Shown here piece after piece: positions 1 to 9,280 of a DNA stretch of 27,653 nucleotides. Within the stretch, counting starts at the first letter, position 1. Each line of letters begins with the position of its first letter. The notes beneath the pieces were generated by a model. That model did not search any database and was not told where the DNA came from. It saw nothing but the letters and a program-made list of their open reading frames with translations. This stretch comes from a candidate division WOR-3 bacterium (GTDB lineage: Bacteria; Hydrothermota; Hydrothermia; Hydrothermales; Hydrothermaceae): contig JBDRZD010000023.1 in the NCBI GenBank assembly GCA_039803745.1, positions 1 to 27,653 on the forward strand, written 5' to 3'. Made by a program: the position numbers and the translations under genes.

Positions 1-20
1 TATAAAAATTTCCCTCCTAC

Positions 21-69
21 TTGACAAGGTAGTATAAAAATACTTTAAAATTTTATTCTGTGGTAAAAT
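21..69 (+). promoter_or_regulatory. Candidate sigma70 promoter(s) of the dcw operon
   Basis: Perfect TTGACA at 21-26; the nearest -10-like TAAAAT is at 46-51 (19-bp spacer, suboptimal). An alternative extended -10, TGgTAAAAT at 61-69, overlaps the MraZ boxes. Confidence 0.45.
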
Positions 70-83
70 GTGGGAAAAAGTGG
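60..83 (+). promoter_or_regulatory. MraZ operator: three GTGG direct repeats at 10-bp spacing
   Basis: GTGG starts at 60, 70 and 80 (GTGGTAAAAT GTGGGAAAAA GTGG), directly upstream of the mraZ ATG at 85. This matches the established GTGG-N6 / TGGG repeat architecture of MraZ sites. Confidence 0.85.
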
Positions 84-84
84 T

Positions 85-519
85 ATGAATAGAAATAATA
101 GGTTAAACAGTGTAGATGCAAAAGGGAGGGTTTCTTTCCCTGTATTTTTAAGAAAAAAATTTGGTAAAAAAATTATTTTAACAAAGGGTTATGATCCCTG
201 TATTTATGTTTATAGTCAAGAAGAGTGGAAATTATTTATAGAAAGAATTAAAAAGGATTGGGCATTATATGATATTGAAAAAAGGAAAACAGTAAGAGAA
301 ATAATAGGGATTCACCAGGAAATTGAATTTGATACTTATGGAAGAATACTTCTGCCAGGTGGTTTAATGGAATATGCGGGTATTAAAGATAAATGCCTTT
401 TTATTTCTATGCCAAGGTGGATTGAAATATGGAATCCTGAAAAATATGAGGAGTATCAAAAAGATGTAATAGAAAAAATACAGAAAGGTATTATAAATAT
501 GGAGGGATTTCCCCTCTGA
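85..519 (+). CDS. mraZ: Division/cell wall cluster transcriptional repressor MraZ
   Basis: Two AbrB-like repeats (VDAKGRVSFP, FDTYGRILLP) and IEIW near the C-terminus; first gene of the dcw cluster. ATG at 85 is preferred over the track's GTG at 70, which lies inside the operator. Confidence 0.93.
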   Translation: MNRNNRLNSVDAKGRVSFPVFLRKKFGKKIILTKGYDPCIYVYSQEEWKLFIERIKKDWALYDIEKRKTVREIIGIHQEIEFDTYGRILLPGGLMEYAGIKDKCLFISMPRWIEIWNPEKYEEYQKDVIEKIQKGIINMEGFPL

Positions 520-1370
520 AATACCATATACCTTGCATGGCTAATGAGGTTTTAAATTTATTAAATCCAAAGAAAGGAGACATAATTATTGATGCAACTT
601 TTGGTTTTGGTGGTCATTCCCTTAAATTTTTAGAAAGGGAAAAAGATATTCTGATCATAGGAATTGAAAAAGATAGAGAAATATTTGAGATTTCAAAAAA
701 AGAATTTGAAAAATATGAAAATGTTAAAATTTTCAACGAAGATTTTGAAAACATTGATATTATTCTAAAAGAATTGAATATAAAAGAAATTGATAAAGTT
801 CTATTTGATTTTGGAATCTCATCCTACCATATTGAGCATTCAAAAAGGGGATTTTCTTTTAAAAGGGATGAAATACTTGATTTAAGATATGATACATCAA
901 AAAATTTACCTTTATGGAAAAAAATAAAAAAGTTAAACAAAGGAGAAATTGAAAGGATATTGAAAGAATTTGGTGAAGAGCCCTTTTATAGAAAAATTGC
1001 TTATTATATATTTAAAGAAAAAGAAAAAATAAAAACAACAAGTGATTTAAATAAAATAATTGAAAAAACTTTGCCTTACAAAAGATGGGAAAAAACAAAA
1101 CAAAGGGTATATCAAGCTTTTAGAATTTATATAAATGATGAACTTGAAAAAATAAAAAATGCCCTCTTTAAGGCTTATAATTTCTTAAAAATAAATGGCA
1201 GAATACTCTGTCTTTCATACCATTCACTTGAAGATAGAATTGTTAAGAACTTTTTTAAAGAAATGAAAATGAAAATAATAACAAAAAAACCTTTGACCCC
1301 GAGTATATCTGAGATTGAGGAAAATCCAAGGTCAAGGTCTGCTAAACTTAGATGTGCTGAAAAGATATGA
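516..1370 (+). CDS. rsmH: 16S rRNA m4C1402 methyltransferase RsmH (MraW)
   Basis: Motifs DATFGFGGHS, DFGISS, LDLRYD, QAFRIYINDE, SYHSLEDRIVK and ENPRSRSAKLR. The conserved N-terminal H-I-P motif is encoded upstream of the track's ATG at 537, so the start is probably CTG at 516. Confidence 0.93.
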   Translation: MKYHIPCMANEVLNLLNPKKGDIIIDATFGFGGHSLKFLEREKDILIIGIEKDREIFEISKKEFEKYENVKIFNEDFENIDIILKELNIKEIDKVLFDFGISSYHIEHSKRGFSFKRDEILDLRYDTSKNLPLWKKIKKLNKGEIERILKEFGEEPFYRKIAYYIFKEKEKIKTTSDLNKIIEKTLPYKRWEKTKQRVYQAFRIYINDELEKIKNALFKAYNFLKINGRILCLSYHSLEDRIVKNFFKEMKMKIITKKPLTPSISEIEENPRSRSAKLRCAEKI

Positions 1371-1585
1371 AAATGATTTTTAAAACTCTTTTAATCTTAA
1401 TAATTATTTTCTTAACCCTTTTTATAAGAGGGAAAATTATAAAAGTAGGAGCAGAAATAAAAAGACTTGAAAAGGAATGTGCAAAAATTGAAGAGGAAGT
1501 TGATAAACTGAGAAAGGAAGTCGCTGAAATGGAAAAAATGGAAAGCATTGAAAAAATGGCAAGAGAAAAAGGAATAATAAAATGA
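1367..1585 (+). CDS. ftsL: Cell division protein FtsL-like
   Basis: 72 aa with an N-terminal TM helix, a coiled coil and ..IEKMAREKG; sits between rsmH and ftsI. Confidence 0.75.
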   Translation: MKMIFKTLLILIIIFLTLFIRGKIIKVGAEIKRLEKECAKIEEEVDKLRKEVAEMEKMESIEKMAREKGIIK

Positions 1586-3099
1586 AAATTAGAAAAATAA
1601 TATTACACTTTTTTATATTTGGGACTTTTATTTTTTACATATACAATCTAATAAATTTTCAATTTTCAAAAGAAGGGGCTTTTTATAAAGAAATGGCAAA
1701 AAAGCAATTTTTCATTAAAAGGATAATTCAAGGTAAAAGAGGAACAATATACGATAGAAAATCAAAAATTCTTGCTGTATCTTTAAGAGAAGGAAATGAA
1801 TGGAAAAGGGTATATCCCTACGGGGAAATATGTGCCCCATTTATAGGAATCGTAGGAAAAGATGGAAGGGGTCTTGAAGGAATTGAGTATTATTATGATA
1901 GAGTGCTGTCTGGTGAAAAGGGTTTTCAAGTTCTTTATAGAACGAGAAATGGAAAACTCGTAAATTTACCTGATTTTAAAAATAAAGAACCAAAAGATGG
2001 AAAAGATATTATTCTTACAATAGATGTTGATCTTCAAGAAATATCTTATAAAAATTTAAAAGAATGTATAAGGGAAAATAATGCAAAGAGAGGATTTGTA
2101 ATAATTATGAACCCAAAAACAGGCGAAATTTTAACATGTGTATCCTATCCATCTTTTGATCCTCACAAAATTCCAAATAATTTTTTACCCGACTGGAGAG
2201 CATTACCCATAACCTATCTTTATGAGCCGGGTTCTGTATTCAAAATTGTAACTTACGGAGCTTTTATCAAAGAAAGATTGTATAATAAATTTCAACAGAT
2301 TGATATTACACCAGGCTCCCTTATTATAAGGGGATTAGAAATTCATGATCCTGAACCCCATTTAAGAAAGAAAAATTTAGTTTTACCTTCTGAAGTTATA
2401 GTATATTCATCAAATATAGGGATAAGTAAAATAGCACTATTACTTCCTCCAAAGAAGATATACGAGACTGCTCTTTTAATGGGTTTTGGGATAAAAACAG
2501 GTATAGATTTTCCAGGAGAAGAAAGCGGTAAATTAAAAGACTATAGAGAATGGGACGAGCATTATCAGGCTAATTTTTCTTTTGGACAGGGGGTTTTTGT
2601 GAATGGCCTCCAAATCGCACTTGCCTATGCAATAATAGCAAATGGAGGATATCTTCTTGAACCCTTTATTTTAAAAGAAGTTATAGATGGGGAGAAATTA
2701 AAGGTGAGAAATTATCCAAAAATAATAAGAAAAGTTTTTAACGATGAAGAAATAAGGATTATAAAAAACACTTTGAGAATGGTAATAGAAGAGGGAACAG
2801 GAAGAAATGCAAAGATTCCGGGTATTTCTGTATGTGGTAAAACAGGAACTGCCCAGAAATTTGATGTTTATGAGAGAAAATATGATATGGATAAAGGGAT
2901 AATGAGTTTTGTTGGTTTTTTCCCTGAAGAAGACCCTGAATATTTAATCTATATAATGATTGATGAACCTGAAAAAGGAAGATTTGCATCAGAAATTGTT
3001 GCTCCTTATTTTAAAAAAATTGTTCAGGAAATGCTTCCTTTAATAAAACCTTTAAAAGAATTTGAAAAAAGTTTAATTGCAAGAAATGAAATTGAGTGA
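1582..3099 (+). CDS. ftsI: Class B penicillin-binding protein (FtsI/PBP3-type transpeptidase)
   Basis: N-terminal TM, RGTIYDR, RVYPYG, GLEGIE, SxxK (EPGSVFK), SxN (YSSN) and KTGTAQ; no PASTA domains. Confidence 0.92.
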   Translation: MKIRKIILHFFIFGTFIFYIYNLINFQFSKEGAFYKEMAKKQFFIKRIIQGKRGTIYDRKSKILAVSLREGNEWKRVYPYGEICAPFIGIVGKDGRGLEGIEYYYDRVLSGEKGFQVLYRTRNGKLVNLPDFKNKEPKDGKDIILTIDVDLQEISYKNLKECIRENNAKRGFVIIMNPKTGEILTCVSYPSFDPHKIPNNFLPDWRALPITYLYEPGSVFKIVTYGAFIKERLYNKFQQIDITPGSLIIRGLEIHDPEPHLRKKNLVLPSEVIVYSSNIGISKIALLLPPKKIYETALLMGFGIKTGIDFPGEESGKLKDYREWDEHYQANFSFGQGVFVNGLQIALAYAIIANGGYLLEPFILKEVIDGEKLKVRNYPKIIRKVFNDEEIRIIKNTLRMVIEEGTGRNAKIPGISVCGKTGTAQKFDVYERKYDMDKGIMSFVGFFPEEDPEYLIYIMIDEPEKGRFASEIVAPYFKKIVQEMLPLIKPLKEFEKSLIARNEIE

Positions 3100-4525
3100 A
3101 ATTTTAAAAATAGTAAAAGGAGAAGTTTTCAATTTTGAAGATGTTGAAATAAATGAAATATATGATAATTCAAAGGAAGTTAAAAAGGGCGGAATTTTTG
3201 TATGTATAAGGGGAATTAAAAATGATGGACATGATTTTGTAAAAGAAGCAGAAAAAAATGGAGCCTTTGCTTTTATATGTGAGAAAAAAATAGATACAAA
3301 AAAACCTTTTATAGTTGTTCCTGATACAGTGGTGGCACTTCACAAAATTGTGAAAAAAATTTATGGTCCTTTTGATTTCAAAATAATCGGTGTAACAGGA
3401 ACAAATGGCAAAACTACTTCTGTTTTTTTGATAAAGGAAATATTAGAAAAAGCAAATGAAAAAGTTGGAATGATAACAACTCTTTATTCATCCTTCAATT
3501 CAGAAAAAATAGAAACAGGTTATACATGTCCTCCTCCTTTGATTCTTTATAAAATATTTAAAAAATTTAAAGAAAAAAATATCAAATGGTGCGTAATGGA
3601 AATAACTTCCCATGCTCTTAAATTAAAAAGATTTTATGACTTTGAAATAGAGGGAGGAATATTCACAAATTTAACACAGGACCATCTTGATTTTCACATA
3701 ACAATGGAAGATTATTATCTTTCAAAGAAAAAAATGTTTGAATATATAAAAAATGGAATTGCTTCGATAAATATTGATGATGAATACGGTAAAAGACTTT
3801 ATAAAGAATTAAATTTTAAAAAAGTATCTTTCGGAATAAAAGAAGAATGCGATTATAAAGGGAGAATACTAAACATTTTACCCTTTTCTATGAAAGTTGA
3901 GATAACTCATAAAAAAGAAAAAACTATTTTATCTACAGGATTAATTGGTGAGCCAAACCTTTATAATATCCTTGGTGTTTTTTCTCTTTTAAAAGAAATG
4001 GGCTTTGAAAAAGAAATGATATTAGAAGGGATTAAAGAATTTAAAGGTGTGCCTGGAAGACTTGAAAAAATTGAGAATAAAAAGAATAAAAAAATTTATG
4101 TTGATTATGCCCATACACCTGATGCACTTAGAAATGTTTTAATTACTTTAAAAAGTTTAAATCCAAAAAGATTAATTGTTATATTTGGAGCAGGTGGGAA
4201 TAGAGATAAAAGTAAAAGACCTTTGATGGGAAAAGTGGCATCAGAAATAGCAGACATTGTTATTTTAACTTCTGATAATCCAAGATTTGAAGATGAATTG
4301 GAAATAATAGAGGATATTAAGAAAGGAATTAAATATAAGGAAAAGTGCTTAATAAATCCTGATAGAAAAGAAGCAATAAGAATGGGAATAAAAATGATGG
4401 AAGAAGATGATATTTTACTTATAGCAGGTAAAGGGCATGAAGAATATCAAGAAATTAAAGGAATAAAATATCCCTTTAACGATAAAAAGGTTATTCTTGA
4501 AATAATTGAAAAAGATGAATATTGA
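3086..4525 (+). CDS. murE: UDP-MurNAc-L-Ala-D-Glu:meso-DAP ligase MurE
   Basis: GVTGTNGKTT, TNLTQDHLDFH, VDYAHTPDAL, DNPR (meso-DAP specificity motif) and AGKGHE. ATG at 3086 is preferred to TTG at 3077. Confidence 0.96.
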   Translation: MKLSEILKIVKGEVFNFEDVEINEIYDNSKEVKKGGIFVCIRGIKNDGHDFVKEAEKNGAFAFICEKKIDTKKPFIVVPDTVVALHKIVKKIYGPFDFKIIGVTGTNGKTTSVFLIKEILEKANEKVGMITTLYSSFNSEKIETGYTCPPPLILYKIFKKFKEKNIKWCVMEITSHALKLKRFYDFEIEGGIFTNLTQDHLDFHITMEDYYLSKKKMFEYIKNGIASINIDDEYGKRLYKELNFKKVSFGIKEECDYKGRILNILPFSMKVEITHKKEKTILSTGLIGEPNLYNILGVFSLLKEMGFEKEMILEGIKEFKGVPGRLEKIENKKNKKIYVDYAHTPDALRNVLITLKSLNPKRLIVIFGAGGNRDKSKRPLMGKVASEIADIVILTSDNPRFEDELEIIEDIKKGIKYKEKCLINPDRKEAIRMGIKMMEEDDILLIAGKGHEEYQEIKGIKYPFNDKKVILEIIEKDEY

Positions 4526-5795
4526 AGAAATTTTAAAAATTGCAAGGGGAATTAAAATTGATTCAAGGGAAATTGAAGAGGGTGATATTTTTATAGGAAT
4601 AAAAGGAGAAAAAATAAATGGCTCTATGTTTGCTGAAGATGCAATAAAAAGAGGAGCAATTTTTGCTTTTGTTGAAAGAGGATTTAAGCAAAAATTTTCA
4701 CCCTCTTCTAAAATTGTTGAAGTTCCTGATACTTTAAATTTCTTATGGAAAATAGCAAGGATAAAAAGAAAAATGAATAAAAAAATAAAAGTAATCGGAA
4801 TAACAGGTTCTGTTGGTAAAACAACTTTGAAAGATTTAATACACCATTTTTTAATTAAATTGAATAAAAATGCATTAAAAAGTAAAAAAAGTTATAACAA
4901 TTTCATCGGTGTTCCTTTAACACTTTGTGAAATTAAAGATGAACATGAGTATCTTGTATGTGAAATCGCAACAAATAAAAAAGGTGAAATTGAAAAATTA
5001 ACTAAACTTGTGAAACCTTCTGCAGGAATTATCACAAAAATAGCACCTGCTCATATTGAATTTTTTGGAAGTATTAAAGAAATATTTAATGAAAAAATAA
5101 ATCTTTTTAAGTTTATTAAAAAGCCGAGATATTTAATATTCAATGAAAATACATATGGGACATCTTATATTAAAAAAAATTTTAAAAATGTAATTTTTTA
5201 TAACATAGAAAAGGAGGATTATAAAATAGATGGAGAAGAAGTTAATTTAAACTATAAAGGAATCTCTTTTAAATACAAAGGAGGTGGATATGCTTTTTTA
5301 GAAAATCTTTTATGTGCATTAAAATGTATTGAGTGTGAAGGTTTTGAAATAAAGGATTTGAAAGATGCTCTTTTAGATTTTAAATTGCCACCTTTGAGAA
5401 TGGAGAAAATTGAAAAAAATAAAATAACTTTTATTTATGATTGCTACAATTCAAACCCCGCTTCCTCTGAAGCACTTTTTAAAACATATAAAGATTTAAA
5501 AAAGAGAAAAATTTTTGTTATGGGTGATATGCTTGAATTAGGGAAAAGATCAAAAATTTATCATATGCAAATTGCAAAAATGGCAAAAGAAAACGGGATA
5601 GAAATTATCCTTGGAATTGGAAAATATACAAAATACACAATAGAAAAAGCAAAAGAACTCGGAATCTATGGAGAGCATTTTGAAGATTTTAAAAAACTTT
5701 CAGAAAAATTAAAAGAAATTTCAAAAGAAAACGACCTTATACTTATAAAGGGGTCAAGAAAGATGGAAATGGAAAAATTAAAGGAGTACTTATAA
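4515..5795 (+). CDS. murF: UDP-MurNAc-tripeptide:D-Ala-D-Ala ligase MurF
   Basis: IDSR, GITGSVGKTT, SYNNFIGVPLT, DCYNSNP, GDMLELG and KGSR. ATG at 4515 is preferred to TTG at 4506. Confidence 0.95.
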   Translation: MNIEEILKIARGIKIDSREIEEGDIFIGIKGEKINGSMFAEDAIKRGAIFAFVERGFKQKFSPSSKIVEVPDTLNFLWKIARIKRKMNKKIKVIGITGSVGKTTLKDLIHHFLIKLNKNALKSKKSYNNFIGVPLTLCEIKDEHEYLVCEIATNKKGEIEKLTKLVKPSAGIITKIAPAHIEFFGSIKEIFNEKINLFKFIKKPRYLIFNENTYGTSYIKKNFKNVIFYNIEKEDYKIDGEEVNLNYKGISFKYKGGGYAFLENLLCALKCIECEGFEIKDLKDALLDFKLPPLRMEKIEKNKITFIYDCYNSNPASSEALFKTYKDLKKRKIFVMGDMLELGKRSKIYHMQIAKMAKENGIEIILGIGKYTKYTIEKAKELGIYGEHFEDFKKLSEKLKEISKENDLILIKGSRKMEMEKLKEYL

Positions 5796-6877
5796 TGCTT
5801 TATTATCTCCTTTATCCTTTAAAAAAGTATTCAATAATATTTAACTTATTTGGATATGTTACAGTGAGAGGAACCCTTGCAGGAACTTTTTCATTTCTCA
5901 TTGTGCTAATTTTTTCTAAAAATTTAATTTCTTATTTAAAAAGTAAAAGATTAATTGAAAGAATAAGCGAGGATGTTCCTGAAAGACACAAAGTAAAAGA
6001 AGGGACACCTACAATGGGAGGTGTTATAATAATAATTGGAACAATTACAGGATTAATATTATGGGGAGATTGGGGAAATCCATTTTTATATGCAATAATT
6101 TTTCTTTTCATTTCCTTTGGAGTGCTTGGATTAATTGATGATATTTATAAAATGAAAGGAGTAAAAAAGAAAGGAATCTCAAAAAGAATAAAAATAATTT
6201 ATCAATCAATTGCTACACTTATTTTTTTCTTCATAATGTTTTTTCTTTTTGAAAAAAGTTTGCTTACAAAAACTCAGATATTATTTTTTAAAAATTTCCT
6301 TTTAAATTTTGGTTTGCTTTACCCTGTTTTTTTATATTTTGTTTTAGTTGGAACAACAAATGCGGTTAATCTCACTGATGGCCTTGATGGGCTTGCTGTC
6401 GGGGTCTCTGCAACAGTTGTGGCTGTTTATATAATACTTGCTTATGTTGGTGGACATAAAGTAATAAGTAATTATTTAAACATCTTATTTATATCAAAAA
6501 GCTGGGAATTGGCAGTTTTCGGGGCATCCCTCCTTGGAGCCCTTTTAGGATTTTTATGGTATAATTTTTATCCTGCAGAAATATTTATGGGTGACACAGG
6601 CTCACAAGCAATAGGAGGGGCAATAGCTGGAATGGCAATACTTACAAAACAGGAACTTCTTTTACCTATTGCAGGAGGTGTATTTTTAATAGAGGCACTT
6701 TCTGTTATAATTCAAGTAATATATTTTAAAAAAACAGGAAAAAGAGTTTTCTTATGCGCACCGATTCACCACCATTTTGAATTAAAAGGATTAAAAGAAC
6801 CAAAAATTGTAATAAGGTTCTGGCTTTTGAGCATAATATTTTCGCTTGTGGCTTTAAGCACATTAAAAATAAGATGA
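5795..6877 (+). CDS. mraY: Phospho-N-acetylmuramoyl-pentapeptide transferase MraY
   Basis: KEGTPTMGG, GLIDD, NAVNLTDGLDGL, FMGDTGS and APIHHHFE; multiple TM segments. Confidence 0.98.
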   Translation: MLYYLLYPLKKYSIIFNLFGYVTVRGTLAGTFSFLIVLIFSKNLISYLKSKRLIERISEDVPERHKVKEGTPTMGGVIIIIGTITGLILWGDWGNPFLYAIIFLFISFGVLGLIDDIYKMKGVKKKGISKRIKIIYQSIATLIFFFIMFFLFEKSLLTKTQILFFKNFLLNFGLLYPVFLYFVLVGTTNAVNLTDGLDGLAVGVSATVVAVYIILAYVGGHKVISNYLNILFISKSWELAVFGASLLGALLGFLWYNFYPAEIFMGDTGSQAIGGAIAGMAILTKQELLLPIAGGVFLIEALSVIIQVIYFKKTGKRVFLCAPIHHHFELKGLKEPKIVIRFWLLSIIFSLVALSTLKIR

Positions 6878-8166
6878 AAAAAATTGGAATAATAGGTGCA
6901 AAAAGGGCAGGCACTTCCTGTGCCTTACTTTTGAATAAACTTGGATATAAAATATTTTTATCGGAGATTAAAAAAATCCCTTCTTATTATAAGAAAAAAT
7001 TGCCAAGAGATATATACCTGGAAGAAGGTATTAATTCAGATAAAATTTTAATGAACGATTTGATAATAGCAAGTCCTGGTGTTTCAGAAAAAGAAAGAAT
7101 AATTAAAAGAATAAGGGAAAAGGGGATTCCTTTAGTTGATGAGATTGAAATTGGTTATAGGTTTATTGAAGGTAAAATTGTAGCAATAACAGGAACAAAT
7201 GGCAAATCAACAGTTACAAAATGGATATATGAATGTCTTAAGGATGATAATGAAGTTTATATGGGTGGGAATATAGGAACACCCCTGACCGAATTTGCAT
7301 TTAAAAAGGGAACTTTTATAGTTGAAGTTTCTTCTTTTGAGTTAAAGAGAATAAAATTTTTCAGACCGTATATAGGTATAATTCTCAACATAGATAAGGA
7401 CCATATTGACTGGCATATAGATTTAGATGATTATATAAGTTCAAAATTTAACATATTTAAGAACCAAAATGAAGAAGACTTCTTAATAATTGATGAAGAA
7501 ATTGAATTAAAAGGAAAAATAAAACCAAAAGTATTCAGAGTCTCTTTAAAGAAAGAAGTTGAAGGAATATTTTTAAAAAATGATAAAATAATAATTAATA
7601 TTCCGGGATGTTTTGAAGAAGTAAAAATAAATTTCCCCTTAAATCAAAATTTCAACATTAAAAATGGACTTTTTGTGCTCCTTACTTTAAAGATTCTGGG
7701 TAAAAATTTAGAAGATATAAAAGAAAAATTTGAAAAATTTAGAGGACTCCCCCATAGACTTGAATACATAGGTGAAAAAAATGGAATAAAAGTTTTTAAT
7801 GATTCTAAATCAACAAATCCCCATTCAGTTAAAAATGCAATTGAATCCTTTGAAGAAAATATTATCCTTTTAATGGGGGGACTGAATAAAGGATTGAGTT
7901 TTAAAGAAATTAAAAAATTAATAAAGAAAAAATGCAAAGGAATAGTTCTATTTGGAAAATCAAGATTTGAAATACTTAAAGATATAGAAGATAAGGAAAT
8001 AAAAATAGAAATGGCTGAAAAAGTAGAAGATGCACTCAAAATTGCCTTTAAAATGGCAAAAAAAGATGACATAATACTTTTTTCTCCAGGATGCGCAAGT
8101 TTTGATATGTATAAAAATTATGAAGAAAGAGGGGAGGATTTCAAAAATGCTTTCAAAAGAATATAA
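6874..8166 (+). CDS. murD: UDP-MurNAc-L-Ala:D-Glu ligase MurD
   Basis: SPGV, AITGTNGKSTV, GGNIG, EVSSF, DHIDWH, HRLE, NDSKSTN and SPGCASFD..YEERG..F. Confidence 0.96.
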   Translation: MKKIGIIGAKRAGTSCALLLNKLGYKIFLSEIKKIPSYYKKKLPRDIYLEEGINSDKILMNDLIIASPGVSEKERIIKRIREKGIPLVDEIEIGYRFIEGKIVAITGTNGKSTVTKWIYECLKDDNEVYMGGNIGTPLTEFAFKKGTFIVEVSSFELKRIKFFRPYIGIILNIDKDHIDWHIDLDDYISSKFNIFKNQNEEDFLIIDEEIELKGKIKPKVFRVSLKKEVEGIFLKNDKIIINIPGCFEEVKINFPLNQNFNIKNGLFVLLTLKILGKNLEDIKEKFEKFRGLPHRLEYIGEKNGIKVFNDSKSTNPHSVKNAIESFEENIILLMGGLNKGLSFKEIKKLIKKKCKGIVLFGKSRFEILKDIEDKEIKIEMAEKVEDALKIAFKMAKKDDIILFSPGCASFDMYKNYEERGEDFKNAFKRI

Positions 8167-9280
8167 ATATATTTATATTTCATTAATAATATGCTTCCTT
8201 TTAATCCTGTTTGGAATTTTTATGATATACAGTTCAAGTTTTTATCAAATAGCATTTTTAAATAAATTTGAATTTGATGTTTTTAAGAGTTTATTTACAA
8301 GAATAATTTCTGGAGTGGCAGGATTTATTTTGTTCTTTAAAATACCTAAAAAATTCTGGCAAAAATATAGCTTCATAAATCTTCTTATTTGTTTTATACT
8401 TCTTATAAGTGTTCTTTTATTTGGTCAAAGAATACAGGGAGCAAAAAGATGGATTGATTTAAAATTAATACAATTTCAACCCTTTGAAATATTCAAACCC
8501 CTTTACATTGCATACATTAGTGCATTTTTTTATAAATACGGAAAAGAATTATTTTTTACCAAAAAGTTATACTATATAATTACTGTTTCTTTAGTATTTT
8601 TCCTTTTAGTTGCCCTGGAACCGAATTTCAGTTCAGCAATCTCAATAATTTTTGTATTAACTTTACTTTTATTTATTAAAGGGCTTCCTCTTTTAAAAAT
8701 TTTTAGACTTTCGTTAATTATGGCTATTTTCTCTTTGTTTATAATAATCGCAGGCAAAAGAAGTTTTTCATCCCATTTAATTGAAAGAGTGCAGAGAGAA
8801 TTTAAAGAAAAGAGAGAATATGAACAGGTAACCCAGGCAAAAATTGCTATTGCATCAGGATCATTTTTTGGTAAAGGGATAGGGAAAGGCGAAGCAAAAT
8901 ATCTATATCTACCTGAGATTAAAAAGGATTTTATATTTTCACTCATATGTGAAGAATTTGGGGTATTGGGTGCTGCTTTTCTCATCTTTTTATACACCGC
9001 TCTTATAATATCTCTTTTAAAAGTTTCCTTTAAAACAAGCGATCAATTCCTCTCAACTTATACTGCTGGTTTTGCAATATTTATTTTTTATTATGTAGCA
9101 GTGCATATAGGAGTGAATATGGGAATATTGCCACCAGCAGGACTTCCTTTGCCCTTTATAAGTTTTGGCGGTTCTTCACTCCTTTCAAATTTTATTTTTC
9201 TTGGAATAATTTTGAGGGCTTTGAAAGATAAAGAGGAAAATTTTGAAGAAAGAGGTTTTGAAAAAGTGGTGATTTTATGA
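8147..9280 (+). CDS. ftsW: SEDS peptidoglycan glycosyltransferase FtsW
   Basis: GAKRWI, FQPFE, LEPNF, G.GIG, LPE..DFIF..I.EE.G and G.PLPFISFGGSS. ATG at 8147, preceded by GGAGG, is preferred to TTG at 8102. Confidence 0.93.
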   Translation: MLSKEYKYIYISLIICFLLILFGIFMIYSSSFYQIAFLNKFEFDVFKSLFTRIISGVAGFILFFKIPKKFWQKYSFINLLICFILLISVLLFGQRIQGAKRWIDLKLIQFQPFEIFKPLYIAYISAFFYKYGKELFFTKKLYYIITVSLVFFLLVALEPNFSSAISIIFVLTLLLFIKGLPLLKIFRLSLIMAIFSLFIIIAGKRSFSSHLIERVQREFKEKREYEQVTQAKIAIASGSFFGKGIGKGEAKYLYLPEIKKDFIFSLICEEFGVLGAAFLIFLYTALIISLLKVSFKTSDQFLSTYTAGFAIFIFYYVAVHIGVNMGILPPAGLPLPFISFGGSSLLSNFIFLGIILRALKDKEENFEERGFEKVVIL

